Below, piece after piece: positions 36,630-46,252 of a DNA stretch of 64,000 nt. The position numbers and the translations under genes were made by a program. Below the pieces are notes generated by a model. It was not told where the DNA came from. It saw only the letters and a list, made by a program, of their open reading frames with translations, and ran no database searches. The stretch is taken from positions 5,664 through 69,663 of the forward strand of contig CAVQMZ010000024.1 of assembly GCA_963713725.1 (NCBI GenBank). The letters run 5' to 3'. How positions within the stretch are numbered: position 1 is the stretch's first letter; every line of letters begins with the position of its first letter. Origin of the DNA: an uncultured Bacteroidota bacterium. GTDB taxonomy: Bacteria > Bacteroidota > Bacteroidia > Bacteroidales > GCA-2748055.

Positions 36630-36920
36630 TTATGCGTAATTAACTTGTGCGAGAATACTATCCCTAATTTGCTCTTTTAATGCATTTTTGGTAACCAAAT
36701 CTACTTTTCTGCCAAATATACTTTCCAGATAGATTTGAAGTGTGAAATAATTCCAACCTATGGGTTTGTATAATTCTACCAGCATATCAATATCACTTTC
36801 ATCCGAAGCTTCATTATTTGCAAAAGATCCAAAAATGCCAATCTCTTTAACAGCATATTCCTCAGAAAGGATCGGTTTCAACTCTCGAAGTTTATCGAGT
36901 ATATCATTCTTGTTAAGCAT
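36630..36920 (-). CDS. mntA: MntA-type nucleotidyltransferase antitoxin (second copy)
   Basis: I moved the start to the internal ATG at 36920 (MLNKNDILDKLRELKP...IGIFGSFANNEASDESDIDMLVEL). The track ORF's 32-aa N-terminal extension reads through repeat copy F. Confidence 0.8.
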   Translation of the reverse strand: MLNKNDILDKLRELKPILSEEYAVKEIGIFGSFANNEASDESDIDMLVELYKPIGWNYFTLQIYLESIFGRKVDLVTKNALKEQIRDSILAQVNYA

Positions 36921-36965
36921 ATTCAAATATATTGAATTTTTGCGGATAGATTCAGCATAATCTAC

Positions 36966-37100
36966 TAGAGAGGCGGAAAAGCTTTTGCGGGCTGGCCTAG
37001 TGGGGCTATTTAACATAATGGCTGATTCTAGTGTCAGCGCATCAACCAGGCAACAGTGAAAGAAAGTCGCAACTGAACTAGAATTAATATTATGTTAAAT
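36966..37100 (+). repeat. repeat copy F: leader plus type-1 hairpin (37008-37100) only; last unit of the array
   Basis: ATTTAACATAAT (37008-37019) and ATTATGTTAAAT (37089-37100) are perfect 12-nt inverted arms, with an inner ATTCTAGT/ACTAGAAT stem. No conserved module follows. Confidence 0.85.
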
Positions 37101-37167
37101 AGAAAATATATAAAGAAAGGGAGATAATTAGCTTACCTCCCCTCTCATTATCGTTTTGAAATGAAAC

Positions 37168-38508
37168 TTATAAGTTCTCCTTCAGTGCTTTAACCCTTTC
37201 ATACTGATCCATCATCTGCTCCTTGTAATATATTCTCTGAAGGATATCAAGGGTTTCATATTTCACTGTAGGATTATCAACATTAAGCTCGTAAGCCTTC
37301 TCAAGAGCTGGGATTGCCTCTGAATATTTTTCCTTACCCAAGTTTCAAAAGCTCTCCCTGGTGGGCTCATGCTCTTCCACATTTGATCTTTCATAAAAGT
37401 CAGCTCCCTGCAGGTAATAAATGTATCCCATATCATACCAGATATAATAAATGGTTGGATCCAGCTCTCCAGCCTTCTGGTAAGCTCAATTGCCTTATCA
37501 ATGAATTCAACTTCTTCCTTATTAATAAGCAGCCTTCCTTTCCAATAATAAGTCTCCGCGATGTCGGGATTATTTGCAATGGCTTGATCCATAAACTCAA
37601 TGCCTTCATCAAATTGGCCTAATAGTATGTAAGTATCTGCAACATTGGCAATTATATTAACTGAGTCAGGGTATTTTGCGAATCCTTCTTTTAATGCTTC
37701 CAGTACCTGCAAGGGTATCTCCAATGGCAAAATAATCCATTTTAATCTGCAGGTAGGTATTGGGACCACCATAATTAACCTCAGCCAGTTGCTCATAATA
37801 ATTGATTGCTTTCTTGTAAAGCTCATCATCATCAGTTTTACTGGCAATTTCCCTGGAAATAATACCGGAATACTGAACCATAATGGTATCAAATTCACCT
37901 GCAAATACGGGCTGGTTATTAACTTCAAGGACATTCTCAAAACAATTTAGAGCCGCCTTATAATCATCTTTATAATAGCTATTTACACCGTCTCTCTTCA
38001 ACTGGTCCTTAATGGTATCGAGATTGGCTTTTGCTTTTTCTTCCAGCTTCCCTGCTTCATCCAGCTCAAGTGCTTTTATATAGGCTTCCATGGATACTCT
38101 CAGCGGATCTTCATTAATTGGATTTATCTTCTCATAATACTGAAGATTCCCATTGACGAAGGTATATTTGATTTGCTCATAAATATAAGTTTCATACTTA
38201 GCGCCATCCTTTGTCTTCAGTCTCAATACTCAGAGGCTCTTTATATAAGAGTATAACAGCAGTTGTTGGCGATGCCTTCCTGGATTTCTTCAAGACCAAT
38301 CATAAAAACATCCTGGTAAATCTCTCCCCTTTTGAACCAGGTAGTAGCTTTCTGACTTTTCTTTTGCGTCTTGTATTTCCAGATCGCTTTTGTCCGCTTT
38401 CTTTTTTACTGCATTATAGTTTAGTGGAATAAATGTAGAGCCATCCTGCGCATTCATCGCAGGGATTGCTAACAGAGCCACTAGCAGTGTAACAAATAAC
38501 TTTTTCAT
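37168..38508 (-). pseudogene. TPR-repeat lipoprotein/secreted protein, at least three frameshifts
   Basis: The N-terminus MKKLFVTLLVALLAIPAMNAQ comes from an internal ATG of ORF 38290..38553. The middle is covered by ORFs 37666..38226 and 37263..37940. Manual translation of the C-terminus gives ...GKEKYSEAIPALEKAYELNVDNPTVKYETLDILQRIYYKEQMMDQYERVKALKENL, with the stop at 37168-37170. Confidence 0.7.
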
Positions 38509-38581
38509 TTCGATTGTGAATTTAATGTGATGCAAAAATATAAACTTTAACAATAACCTTCAAATAAGATGCCAAAACAGC

Positions 38582-41100
38582 TTAGTCCTCTTTAGTACCC
38601 TCAGGACTATCCTCTTCTGAGTCTTCAGTATTTTCCACTTCCTGATCGTCATTATCTTCATTGGATGGAACCTGGGTTGCAGCGGCTATCTGATCTCCTT
38701 CTCTAAGGTTAATCAGTTTGACTCCCTGTGTGTTACGACCCATAACCCTCATTCCTTTCACTGCTAAACGGATGGCAATACCACTCTCGGTAATGATCAT
38801 CAGATCATCATCGTCGGTAACCGCTTTAATGGCAATTAATTTACCTGTCTTATCGGTTACATTGATGGTTTTAACACCCTTTCCGCCACGATTGGTAAAG
38901 CGGTAATCGTCAATAGCAGAACGTTTGCCATAGCCATGTCTCTGAAATAACCAGGATATCCTGTTCTCCCTGGTTTGGCAGTCACAATGCCAACTACCTC
39001 ATCCTTGGGACCTCCAAGGGTCACCCCTTTTACTCCCGAAGAAGTTCTTCCTACGGACCTCACTGTATTCTCATGGAAGCGGATGGCTTTGCCAGATTTA
39101 ACAGCCAGCATAAGTTCCATATCGCCATCTGTAAGCCTGGCATCCAGAAGCATATCTCCTTCCCTGATGATAATGGCGTTGATCCCATTTTGCCTGGGCC
39201 TTGAATAAGCCTCCAGTCTGGTTTTTTTAATCACACCTTTCTTAGTTGCCAGTACAAGGTAATTGTTGTTTATATACTCCTCGTCCTTGAGGTTCTTCAC
39301 GTTTACAAAGGTTTTTACCGTATCCTCCTTGTCGATATTGATCAGATTCTGTATGGCTCTTCCCTTGCTGGCCCTTACCCCTTCCGGAATTTTGTAAACT
39401 TTAAGCCAGTAGCACTTTCCATTCTCCGTAAAGAATAAAATGGTGTTGTGCATGGTGGCCACAAACATATTCACCATGAAGTCCTCTTCCCTGGTGGTAC
39501 TTCCCTTTGCACCAACACCTCCCCTGTTCTGAGTCCTGAATTCGTGTAAGGGTGTACGTTTGATATATCCCAATTTGGATATGGTAATAACCATATCATC
39601 ATCTGCATAAAAATCTTCGGGATCAAATTCACCTTCATCTGGAACCATCTCGGTTCTTCGCTCATCTCCATAAGCTGCTTTGACCTCCAGGAGCTCCTCT
39701 TTAATGATCTCCATTCTGAGCCCTTCATCCGCAAGAACTCTCTTGTAAAATTCGATCATCTTCATGAGTTCGTCATACTCATTCTGCAATTTTTCGCGTT
39801 CGAGTCCAACAAGACGCTGCAAACGCATCTCCAGAATGGCTTTGGCCTGAATTTCGGTAAAGCCAAATTTTTCCATAAGTCCTTCACGGGCTTCGTCAGG
39901 AGTTCTTGAAGCCCTTATAAGAGTAATCACCTCATCAATGTGATCAAGTGCTTTCAGGAGGCCTTCCAGGATATGAGCCCGCTTTTCAGCCTGATCCAGA
40001 TCATACTGGGTTCTACGCACAACCACATCATGCCTGTGTTCCACAAAATAGGTTATGATCTGCTTCAGATTCAGCGTCCTGGGCCTTCCTTTTACCAGTG
40101 CAATGTTATTTACATTAAAGGAGGTTTGAAGCTGTGTATATTTTAAAAGGTTGTTCAAAACCACATGAGCACTGGCATCCCTTTTAATGATGATAACAAT
40201 CCTCATTCCCTGACGGTCTGATTCATCGTTGATGTAGGAAATGCCTTCGATCTTTTTATCATTAATCAGATCAGCGGTTTTACGAATCAGCTCAGCCTTG
40301 TTAACCAGGTAGGGAATTTCTGTAATAATAATCTTTTCCCGGCCCGTGTCGGTTATTTCAATCTCGCTCTTGGCGCGGACGACTATCCTTCCTCTACCCG
40401 TCTCATATGCTTCCACCACGCCATTATATCCATAGATAATGCCTCCGGTAGGGAAATCAGGAGCTTTCAGTATTTCGGTAAGCTCACTAATTTCTATTTC
40501 GTTGTTCTCGATGTATGCAACAATGGCATCTATGCTATCGCTCAGGTTATGCGGGGGCATATTTGTTGCCATACCCACTGCAATTCCGGAAGTACCATTA
40601 ATAAGGAGTGTCGGTATCCTCGTAGGCATCACAGTTGGTTCCTCCAGTGTATCGTCAAAGTTGAGCTGGAAATCTACTGTGTCCTTTTCCAGATCAGCCA
40701 TAGTCTCTTCTGCAATTTTCTGAAGGCGGGCCTCTGTATACCTCATGGCAGCCGGACTATCTCCGTCCACCGATCCAAAGTTTCCCTGGCCCTGAACCAG
40801 AGGATAGCGAAGGGACCATTCCTGGGCCATTCTAACCATCGCATCATAAACAGATGTATCTCCATGAGGGTGATACTTACCCAGCACCTCTCCTACTATC
40901 CTGGCTGACTTTTTATATCCTCTGCTGGCAGTTACTCCCAATTGCTGCATCCCGTATAGCACCCTGCGGTGAACCGGTTTCAATCCATCCCTCACATCAG
41001 GAAGTGCTCGCGAAACGATTACCGACATCGAGTAATCGATGTAGGCAGATTTCATTTCTTCCTCAATGTTAATTCTCAGTATTTTTTCACCTTCGGCCAT
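38582..41100 (-). CDS. gyrA: DNA gyrase subunit A, with two apparent +1 frameshifts at about 38945-38975
   Basis: The 747-aa ORF has canonical GyrA sequence ([20 protein letters not shown]-terminal beta-pinwheel repeats). Its tail becomes nonsense, and the true continuation (EQDILVISE / [53 protein letters not shown]...) lies in the other two frames and ends with ORF 38582..38800. Confidence 0.9.
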
Positions 41101-41310
41101 CTATTTCTATCTAATTAATTATCAGTATTTTAATCTTCTTTTTTTTGTTAAAAAAAATAACATACGAAAATAGTTATTTCCGGTCTAAAAACCTCAGTTT
41201 TAAAGGGCTTTTATTAACATTGAACTGTTTATAATAGATAATTGTTCTATTGATATATTCATGCCTTATTAGTTACTTTGTTTCAACATAAAACAGAAGG
41301 GAAAATTCAG

Positions 41311-43938
41311 ATGGATGCACAGTTTTCACAGAGGATAAAAGACGTATTAGGATACAGCAAGGAAGAGGCAATCAGGCTGGGGAATTCACATATCAGCGTT
41401 GAACACCTTTTTCTTGGAATTTTAAGAGACGGCGAGGGTCTTGCCATCGATGTACTCGTTGTACTTGGCGTGGAGCTCTATGATCTTAGAATGGCCATTG
41501 AAAAAAGTATAAAGAATGATCAACCTTCACCGGTTACAGATCCGGACAGCCTTCCCCTGCTTAAAAGCGCAGAGCGGATTCTGAAGCTGACTCACCTTGA
41601 GGCCCGGTCCATGAAAGAAAAGACCATTGACACGAACCATCTTTTGCTGGCGATACTTAAGGATGAGAATAACTACGCCACAAGATACCTGGTTGAGAAT
41701 GGCATATCTTACAATAAAGTAAAGCAGGAGATTTCTGATTCCCTACCCGAGAATCGTGCAGATTTTCCCGGTGATGAGGATGATGAGGCCAAAGGCCCCT
41801 TTGGAGGAAGTGGTAGCGGAGGTGGAAGCGGGAGTAGTAAAGGCAGTTCAGGATCATCATCCAAATCCAGCTCGGAAACCCCGGTCCTGGATAATTTTGG
41901 TATTGACCTTACCAAAGCTGCTGAAGAAGACCGCCTTGACCCGGTTGTCGGAAGGGAGATTGAAATTGAGCGCCTGGCTCAAATCCTGAGCAGAAGGAAA
42001 AAAAATAACCCCATCCTCATTGGTGAACCAGGTGTGGGTAAGTCGGCAATTGCTGAAGGTCTGGCACTGAGGATCATTCAGAGAAAGGTGAGTCGAGTGC
42101 TGTTTGACAAACGTGTGGTCACCCTGGACCTAGCGTCAATAGTGGCCGGTACGAAATACAGGGGCCAGTTTGAGGAGCGGATGAAGGCCATTCTAAATGA
42201 GCTGACTAAAAACCCATCCATCATTCTGTTTATTGATGAAATACACACTATAGTTGGTGCCGGAGGTGCTACCGGATCTCTTGATGCAGCCAACATGCTG
42301 AAGCCAGCCCTGGCCAGGGGTGAAATTCAATGTATTGGTGCTACCACCCTGGATGAATACAGACAGCACATTGAAAAAGATGGAGCCCTGGAAAGAAGAT
42401 TTCAGAAGGTACTGGTAGATCCAACCAGCGCTGAAGAGACCGTTGAAATCCTTAAAAACATCAAGGAGAGATATGAAGAGCATCACAATGTCTTCTACAC
42501 TGAGGATGCCATTGATGCCTGCGTAAAGCTGACACAACGTTACATCAGTGACAGGCACCTGCCCGATAAGGCTATAGATGCCCTGGATGAGGCAGGATCG
42601 AGGGTGCATATTTCCAATATCGTTGTTCCGGACCAGATTGTAGAACTGGAAAAGGATATTGAGAGAAGTAAGCAGGAGAAGATTCAGGCAGTAAAAAATC
42701 AGAATTTTGAAAAGGCTGCCAGTTATCGCGACAAGGAAAAAGAATTGCTCGACAGTCTGGATTCAGAAAAAAAGAAGTGGGAAAAGGAGCTTTCGCAGAA
42801 CCGGGAAACCGTGGATGAAGATAAGGTAGCTGAAGTGGTTGCCATGATGACCGGAGTGCCCGTTCAAAGAATAGCCCAGGCAGAAGGAGCCAGACTATTA
42901 AAAATGGCGGATGAACTTCGGGGTAGCGTAATCGGACAGGATGAAGCCATTGGAAAAGTTGTAAAATCCATCCAGCGCAACAGAGCCGGCTTAAAAGATC
43001 CCAATAAGCCCATTGGAACCTTTGTTTTCCTGGGCCCCACCGGTGTGGGTAAAACACAGATGGCCAAAGTACTTGCCCAGTATTTATTTGAATCCATCGA
43101 TAACCTGATTCGCATCGACATGAGTGAATACATGGAGAAGTTTTCCATATCACGTCTGGTAGGTGCACCTCCGGGATATGTGGGTTATGAAGAGGGCGGC
43201 CAGCTTACCGAAAAAGTCCGCAGGAAACCCTATGCAGTTGTATTACTGGATGAGATCGAAAAGGCCCATCCCGATGTATTCAATATCCTGCTTCAGGTTT
43301 TGGATGAGGGGCAACTTACCGACAGCCTGGGAAGAAGGGTTGATTTCCGGAATACCATTGTAATCATGACATCCAATATTGGTACCCGTGAGCTAAAAGA
43401 TTTTGGCCAGGGCGTAGGATTTGCGACCAAAACCAGGCAGGACGCATCCAACGATTACGCCAAAGGTGTAATCCAAAAAGCCCTGAAGAGAGCTTTTGCT
43501 CCCGAATTCCTGAATCGGATTGATGATGTGGTTCTCTTCAACACCCTTTCAAGGGATGACATACACAAGATCATTGATATTGAACTGAAGGGACTGTATG
43601 CAAGGGTGAAGACCCTGGGTTTCGAAGTGAAACTCACAGAAGAGGCAAAAGATTACGTACTGGACAAAGGGTATGACATTCAGTATGGAGCCCGGCCACT
43701 AAAGCGGGCCATCCAGAAGTACCTGGAAGATCCCATGGCTGAAACCATTATTAAGTCTGCCCTGGTAGAAGGCGACACCATGCTGGTGGATTATGACAGT
43801 GAAAAAGACGAGATCACTGTTGCCATACAGAAAAAGAAAGGTGTTTTACCCAAAGCCAAGAAGGAACTTCCGGCCAAAGATAAGGCAAGTAAATCAGAGG
43901 AGCCGCCAGCCATTGAGGAGGGCGCTAAGGAGGATTAA
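41311..43938 (+). CDS. clpC: ATP-dependent Clp protease ATP-binding subunit ClpC (class I AAA+, UVR motif)
   Basis: Two Clp_N repeats are followed by two Walker A sites ([19 protein letters not shown]). A UVR-like linker ([17 protein letters not shown]) is present. A Gly/Ser-rich spacer follows the N-domain. I chose the start at ATG 41311 ([13 protein letters not shown]). Confidence 0.9.
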   Translation: MDAQFSQRIKDVLGYSKEEAIRLGNSHISVEHLFLGILRDGEGLAIDVLVVLGVELYDLRMAIEKSIKNDQPSPVTDPDSLPLLKSAERILKLTHLEARSMKEKTIDTNHLLLAILKDENNYATRYLVENGISYNKVKQEISDSLPENRADFPGDEDDEAKGPFGGSGSGGGSGSSKGSSGSSSKSSSETPVLDNFGIDLTKAAEEDRLDPVVGREIEIERLAQILSRRKKNNPILIGEPGVGKSAIAEGLALRIIQRKVSRVLFDKRVVTLDLASIVAGTKYRGQFEERMKAILNELTKNPSIILFIDEIHTIVGAGGATGSLDAANMLKPALARGEIQCIGATTLDEYRQHIEKDGALERRFQKVLVDPTSAEETVEILKNIKERYEEHHNVFYTEDAIDACVKLTQRYISDRHLPDKAIDALDEAGSRVHISNIVVPDQIVELEKDIERSKQEKIQAVKNQNFEKAASYRDKEKELLDSLDSEKKKWEKELSQNRETVDEDKVAEVVAMMTGVPVQRIAQAEGARLLKMADELRGSVIGQDEAIGKVVKSIQRNRAGLKDPNKPIGTFVFLGPTGVGKTQMAKVLAQYLFESIDNLIRIDMSEYMEKFSISRLVGAPPGYVGYEEGGQLTEKVRRKPYAVVLLDEIEKAHPDVFNILLQVLDEGQLTDSLGRRVDFRNTIVIMTSNIGTRELKDFGQGVGFATKTRQDASNDYAKGVIQKALKRAFAPEFLNRIDDVVLFNTLSRDDIHKIIDIELKGLYARVKTLGFEVKLTEEAKDYVLDKGYDIQYGARPLKRAIQKYLEDPMAETIIKSALVEGDTMLVDYDSEKDEITVAIQKKKGVLPKAKKELPAKDKASKSEEPPAIEEGAKED

Positions 43939-45221
43939 ACAAGCTTACCGAAGAGGTCGAATTCGGCCGCTTCGGTAATTTTTACCTGGTAAAAGTCGCC
44001 CGTGACCAATTCGCGGTCTCTGGGAATCATTACTTCGTTATCCACTTCGGGTGAATCATACTGGGTACGTCCGATATAATAATCATCCTCCACCCTGTCG
44101 ATCAGAACCTTAAAGATTTTTCCAAGCTTAGCTTCATTCAGCTGTAGTGAAATGGCCTGCTGCATTTCCATAACCGCTTCGGCCCTACGGTGCTTGACCT
44201 TCTCCGGAATATCATCTTTGAAGCGAAGATGTGCCGGAGTATCATCCTCGTGTGAATAGGGAAATACGCCCAGTCGTTCAAATTTGAATTCGCTCAGGAA
44301 ATCCATAAGCTCCCTGAATGCTTCTTCGCTTTCACCGGGAAACCCGGTTAGAACAGTAGTTCTCAGTGCAACATCCGGAATCTTATTTCTGAAAAGACTC
44401 AAAAGTCTTTCCAGCTTTTCCCTGTCGTGTCCCCTTCCCATATCGGACAGTACCTTGTCATTGACATGCTGAATGGGAATATCCATATAATTACAGATTT
44501 TTTCCTCAGAGGCCATTAGTTCAATTACCTCTTCGGGAAATCCAGTGGGATAGGCGTAATGAAGCCTTATCCATTCCAATCCCTCGATACGGACCAGTTC
44601 TTTAAGCAGATCAGCCAGGGCGCGGTGCTGATAAATATCTATGCCATAATTAGTCAGGTCCTGGGCAATCAGTATTAGTTCCTTTACCCCTCCCCTAACG
44701 AGATTACGGCTTTCAGCCACCAGCTGTTCGATGGATATGGATTGTTGCTTTCCCCTGATGCCCGGTATGGCACAGAATGCACAGGTACGGTTACAACCCT
44801 CTGAAATTTTTAGGTAGGCGTAATGCGCAGGGGTCGTAATTATTCTTTCAGTCAGTAGTTTACTGTCCAGGCTGGTTCCGGCCTCTTCTAAGATCCGTGC
44901 CATCTCCCAAACACCAAAAAAACCATCCACCTCGGGTAGTTCGGACTTCAGGTCATCCCGGTAGCGTTCAGAAAGGCAGCCCATTACAAAAAGTTTGCTG
45001 ATCCTTCCAGCTTGCTTTTCACCAATGTAGTGCATGATGTTATCCACCGACTCCTCCTTGGCATCGAGGATGAAACCACAGGTATTGATGATTACAAGGT
45101 CTGCATTTTCTTCCTGCTCATCATGCATTACCCTGAAGCCGGCAGCTCTGAACTGGGATAAGAGGTGCTCTGAATCAACCAGGTTCTTGGAGCAACCCAG
45201 GGTTATGATGTTTACAGTCAT
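43935..45221 (-). CDS. rimO: ribosomal protein S12 methylthiotransferase RimO
   Basis: 428-aa ORF with the MTTase N-domain (ITLGCSKNLVDSE), the radical SAM motif CNRTCAFC and a C-terminal TRAM domain. Confidence 0.9.
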   Translation of the reverse strand: MTVNIITLGCSKNLVDSEHLLSQFRAAGFRVMHDEQEENADLVIINTCGFILDAKEESVDNIMHYIGEKQAGRISKLFVMGCLSERYRDDLKSELPEVDGFFGVWEMARILEEAGTSLDSKLLTERIITTPAHYAYLKISEGCNRTCAFCAIPGIRGKQQSISIEQLVAESRNLVRGGVKELILIAQDLTNYGIDIYQHRALADLLKELVRIEGLEWIRLHYAYPTGFPEEVIELMASEEKICNYMDIPIQHVNDKVLSDMGRGHDREKLERLLSLFRNKIPDVALRTTVLTGFPGESEEAFRELMDFLSEFKFERLGVFPYSHEDDTPAHLRFKDDIPEKVKHRRAEAVMEMQQAISLQLNEAKLGKIFKVLIDRVEDDYYIGRTQYDSPEVDNEVMIPRDRELVTGDFYQVKITEAAEFDLFGKLV

Positions 45222-45240
45222 GTGAAAGATTTAGTTTGGA

Positions 45241-46182
45241 CTAGCTGAAGAGGCTGTTAACAAATTCCACCCGGTCAAATACCTGGAGATCATCCATCTT
45301 CTCTCCGATTCCAATATACTTAACTGGAATTTGAAACTGGTCGGATATACCAATCACAACACCTCCCTTGGCAGTTCCATCTAACTTCGTAAGCGCCAGT
45401 GCATTTACCTGAGTGGCTGCAGTAAATTGTTTGGCCTGTTCGAAGGCATTCTGGCCGGTTGAGCCATCCAGGACCAGAAGTATTTCATGGGGCGCATCGG
45501 GAATTACCTTTTGCATCACCCGGTTGATTTTATTCAGTTCATTCATCAGGTTTACTTTGTTGTGAAGTCGCCCTGCTGTATCAATGATGACTACATCGGC
45601 ATTGCCGGAAACCGCGGAAGAAAGCGTGTCATAGGCAACGGATGCAGGATCTGATCCCATATCCTGCTTTACGATATCCACGCCCACCCGATCGGCCCAG
45701 ATACTGATCTGATCCACAGCTGCAGCCCTGAAGGTATCAGCTGCCCCAAGAACAACCTTTTTTCCACCCTTCTTGAAGTGATATGCCAGCTTTCCGATGG
45801 TGGTGGTCTTTCCAACTCCGTTAACTCCAACCACCATGATTACATAGGGTTTTTTGGGAAGTGGTGCATCAAATGCAGCAACCAGACCGGAGTTATTTTC
45901 CTCCAGGAGCTCAGCAATCTCCTCCTTGAGAATGACATTTAGTTCACTTGTATTCAGATACTTATCTCGGGTAACCCTGCTCTCAATCCTCTCAATAATA
46001 CGAAGTGTGGTGTCCACGCCCACGTCGGATGTAATCAATACCTCTTCCAGGTTGTCGAGAACGTCATCGTCAACCTTGGATTTACCGGCCACTGCCCTGG
46101 AAAGCTTTTTAAATACGCTCTCCTTGGTTTTTTCCAGACCTTTATCAAGGCTTTTCTTCCTGTCAGATGAAAACAGACCCAT
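45241..46182 (-). CDS. ftsY: signal recognition particle receptor FtsY
   Basis: 313-aa ORF with NG-domain motifs GVNGVGKTTTIGKLA, DTAGRLHN and TKLDGTAKGG. Confidence 0.95.
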   Translation of the reverse strand: MGLFSSDRKKSLDKGLEKTKESVFKKLSRAVAGKSKVDDDVLDNLEEVLITSDVGVDTTLRIIERIESRVTRDKYLNTSELNVILKEEIAELLEENNSGLVAAFDAPLPKKPYVIMVVGVNGVGKTTTIGKLAYHFKKGGKKVVLGAADTFRAAAVDQISIWADRVGVDIVKQDMGSDPASVAYDTLSSAVSGNADVVIIDTAGRLHNKVNLMNELNKINRVMQKVIPDAPHEILLVLDGSTGQNAFEQAKQFTAATQVNALALTKLDGTAKGGVVIGISDQFQIPVKYIGIGEKMDDLQVFDRVEFVNSLFS

Positions 46183-46200
46183 AGTTTAGTATATATAAAA

Positions 46201-46230
46201 AGAGCTTTCTTAATGTTTTAAGAAAGCTCT
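46201..46230 (-). terminator. rho-independent terminator after the rpmB-rpmG-DUF4295 cluster
   Basis: AGAGCTTTCTTAA/TTAAGAAAGCTCT forms a perfect 13-bp stem. On the minus strand it is followed by TTTTTATATATA. Confidence 0.7.
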
Positions 46231-46252
46231 AATATTATAGGGGAAACAATGA

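Noticed and set aside
36921-37016. N-terminal 32-aa extension of the second mntA ORF (track start 37016)
   Set aside because: The extension reads across repeat copy F. The internal ATG at 36920 gives a family-typical MntA length and N-terminus.
31510-37100. Could the repeat array be a CRISPR locus?
   Set aside because: The repeats are 130-360 bp, composite and imperfect. The 'spacers' are 0.3-0.7 kb gene units. No cas genes are present.
37131-37150. Minus-strand GAGAGGGGAGG after copy F as an inverted copy of the module core
   Set aside because: It matches only 11 nt and also forms part of a plausible terminator hairpin for the TPR gene. It is mentioned as weak support in one finding but is not called as a repeat feature.
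27893-37170. Searched the accessory block for a transposase, integrase or IS terminal inverted repeats
   Set aside because: No ORF or frame-spliced reading showed DDE, tyrosine-recombinase (R..H..R..Y) or serine-recombinase signatures. No mobile-element call is therefore made for the block.
41281-41293. TTTCAACATAAAA upstream of clpC is identical to 13 nt of the left arm of repeat copy D; it might be another recombination half-site or the chromosomal dif
   Set aside because: It is a single 13-mer in an A+T-rich promoter region. It has no inverted partner, no flanking repeat homology and no convincing XerC-like arm, so chance cannot be excluded.
38975-43637. Numerous 60-200-aa ORFs antisense to or out of frame within gyrA and clpC, and similar ORFs inside susC, the GH149-like gene, acrB and others
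   Set aside because: They are shadow ORFs nested inside long, strongly supported genes, and none shows family motifs.
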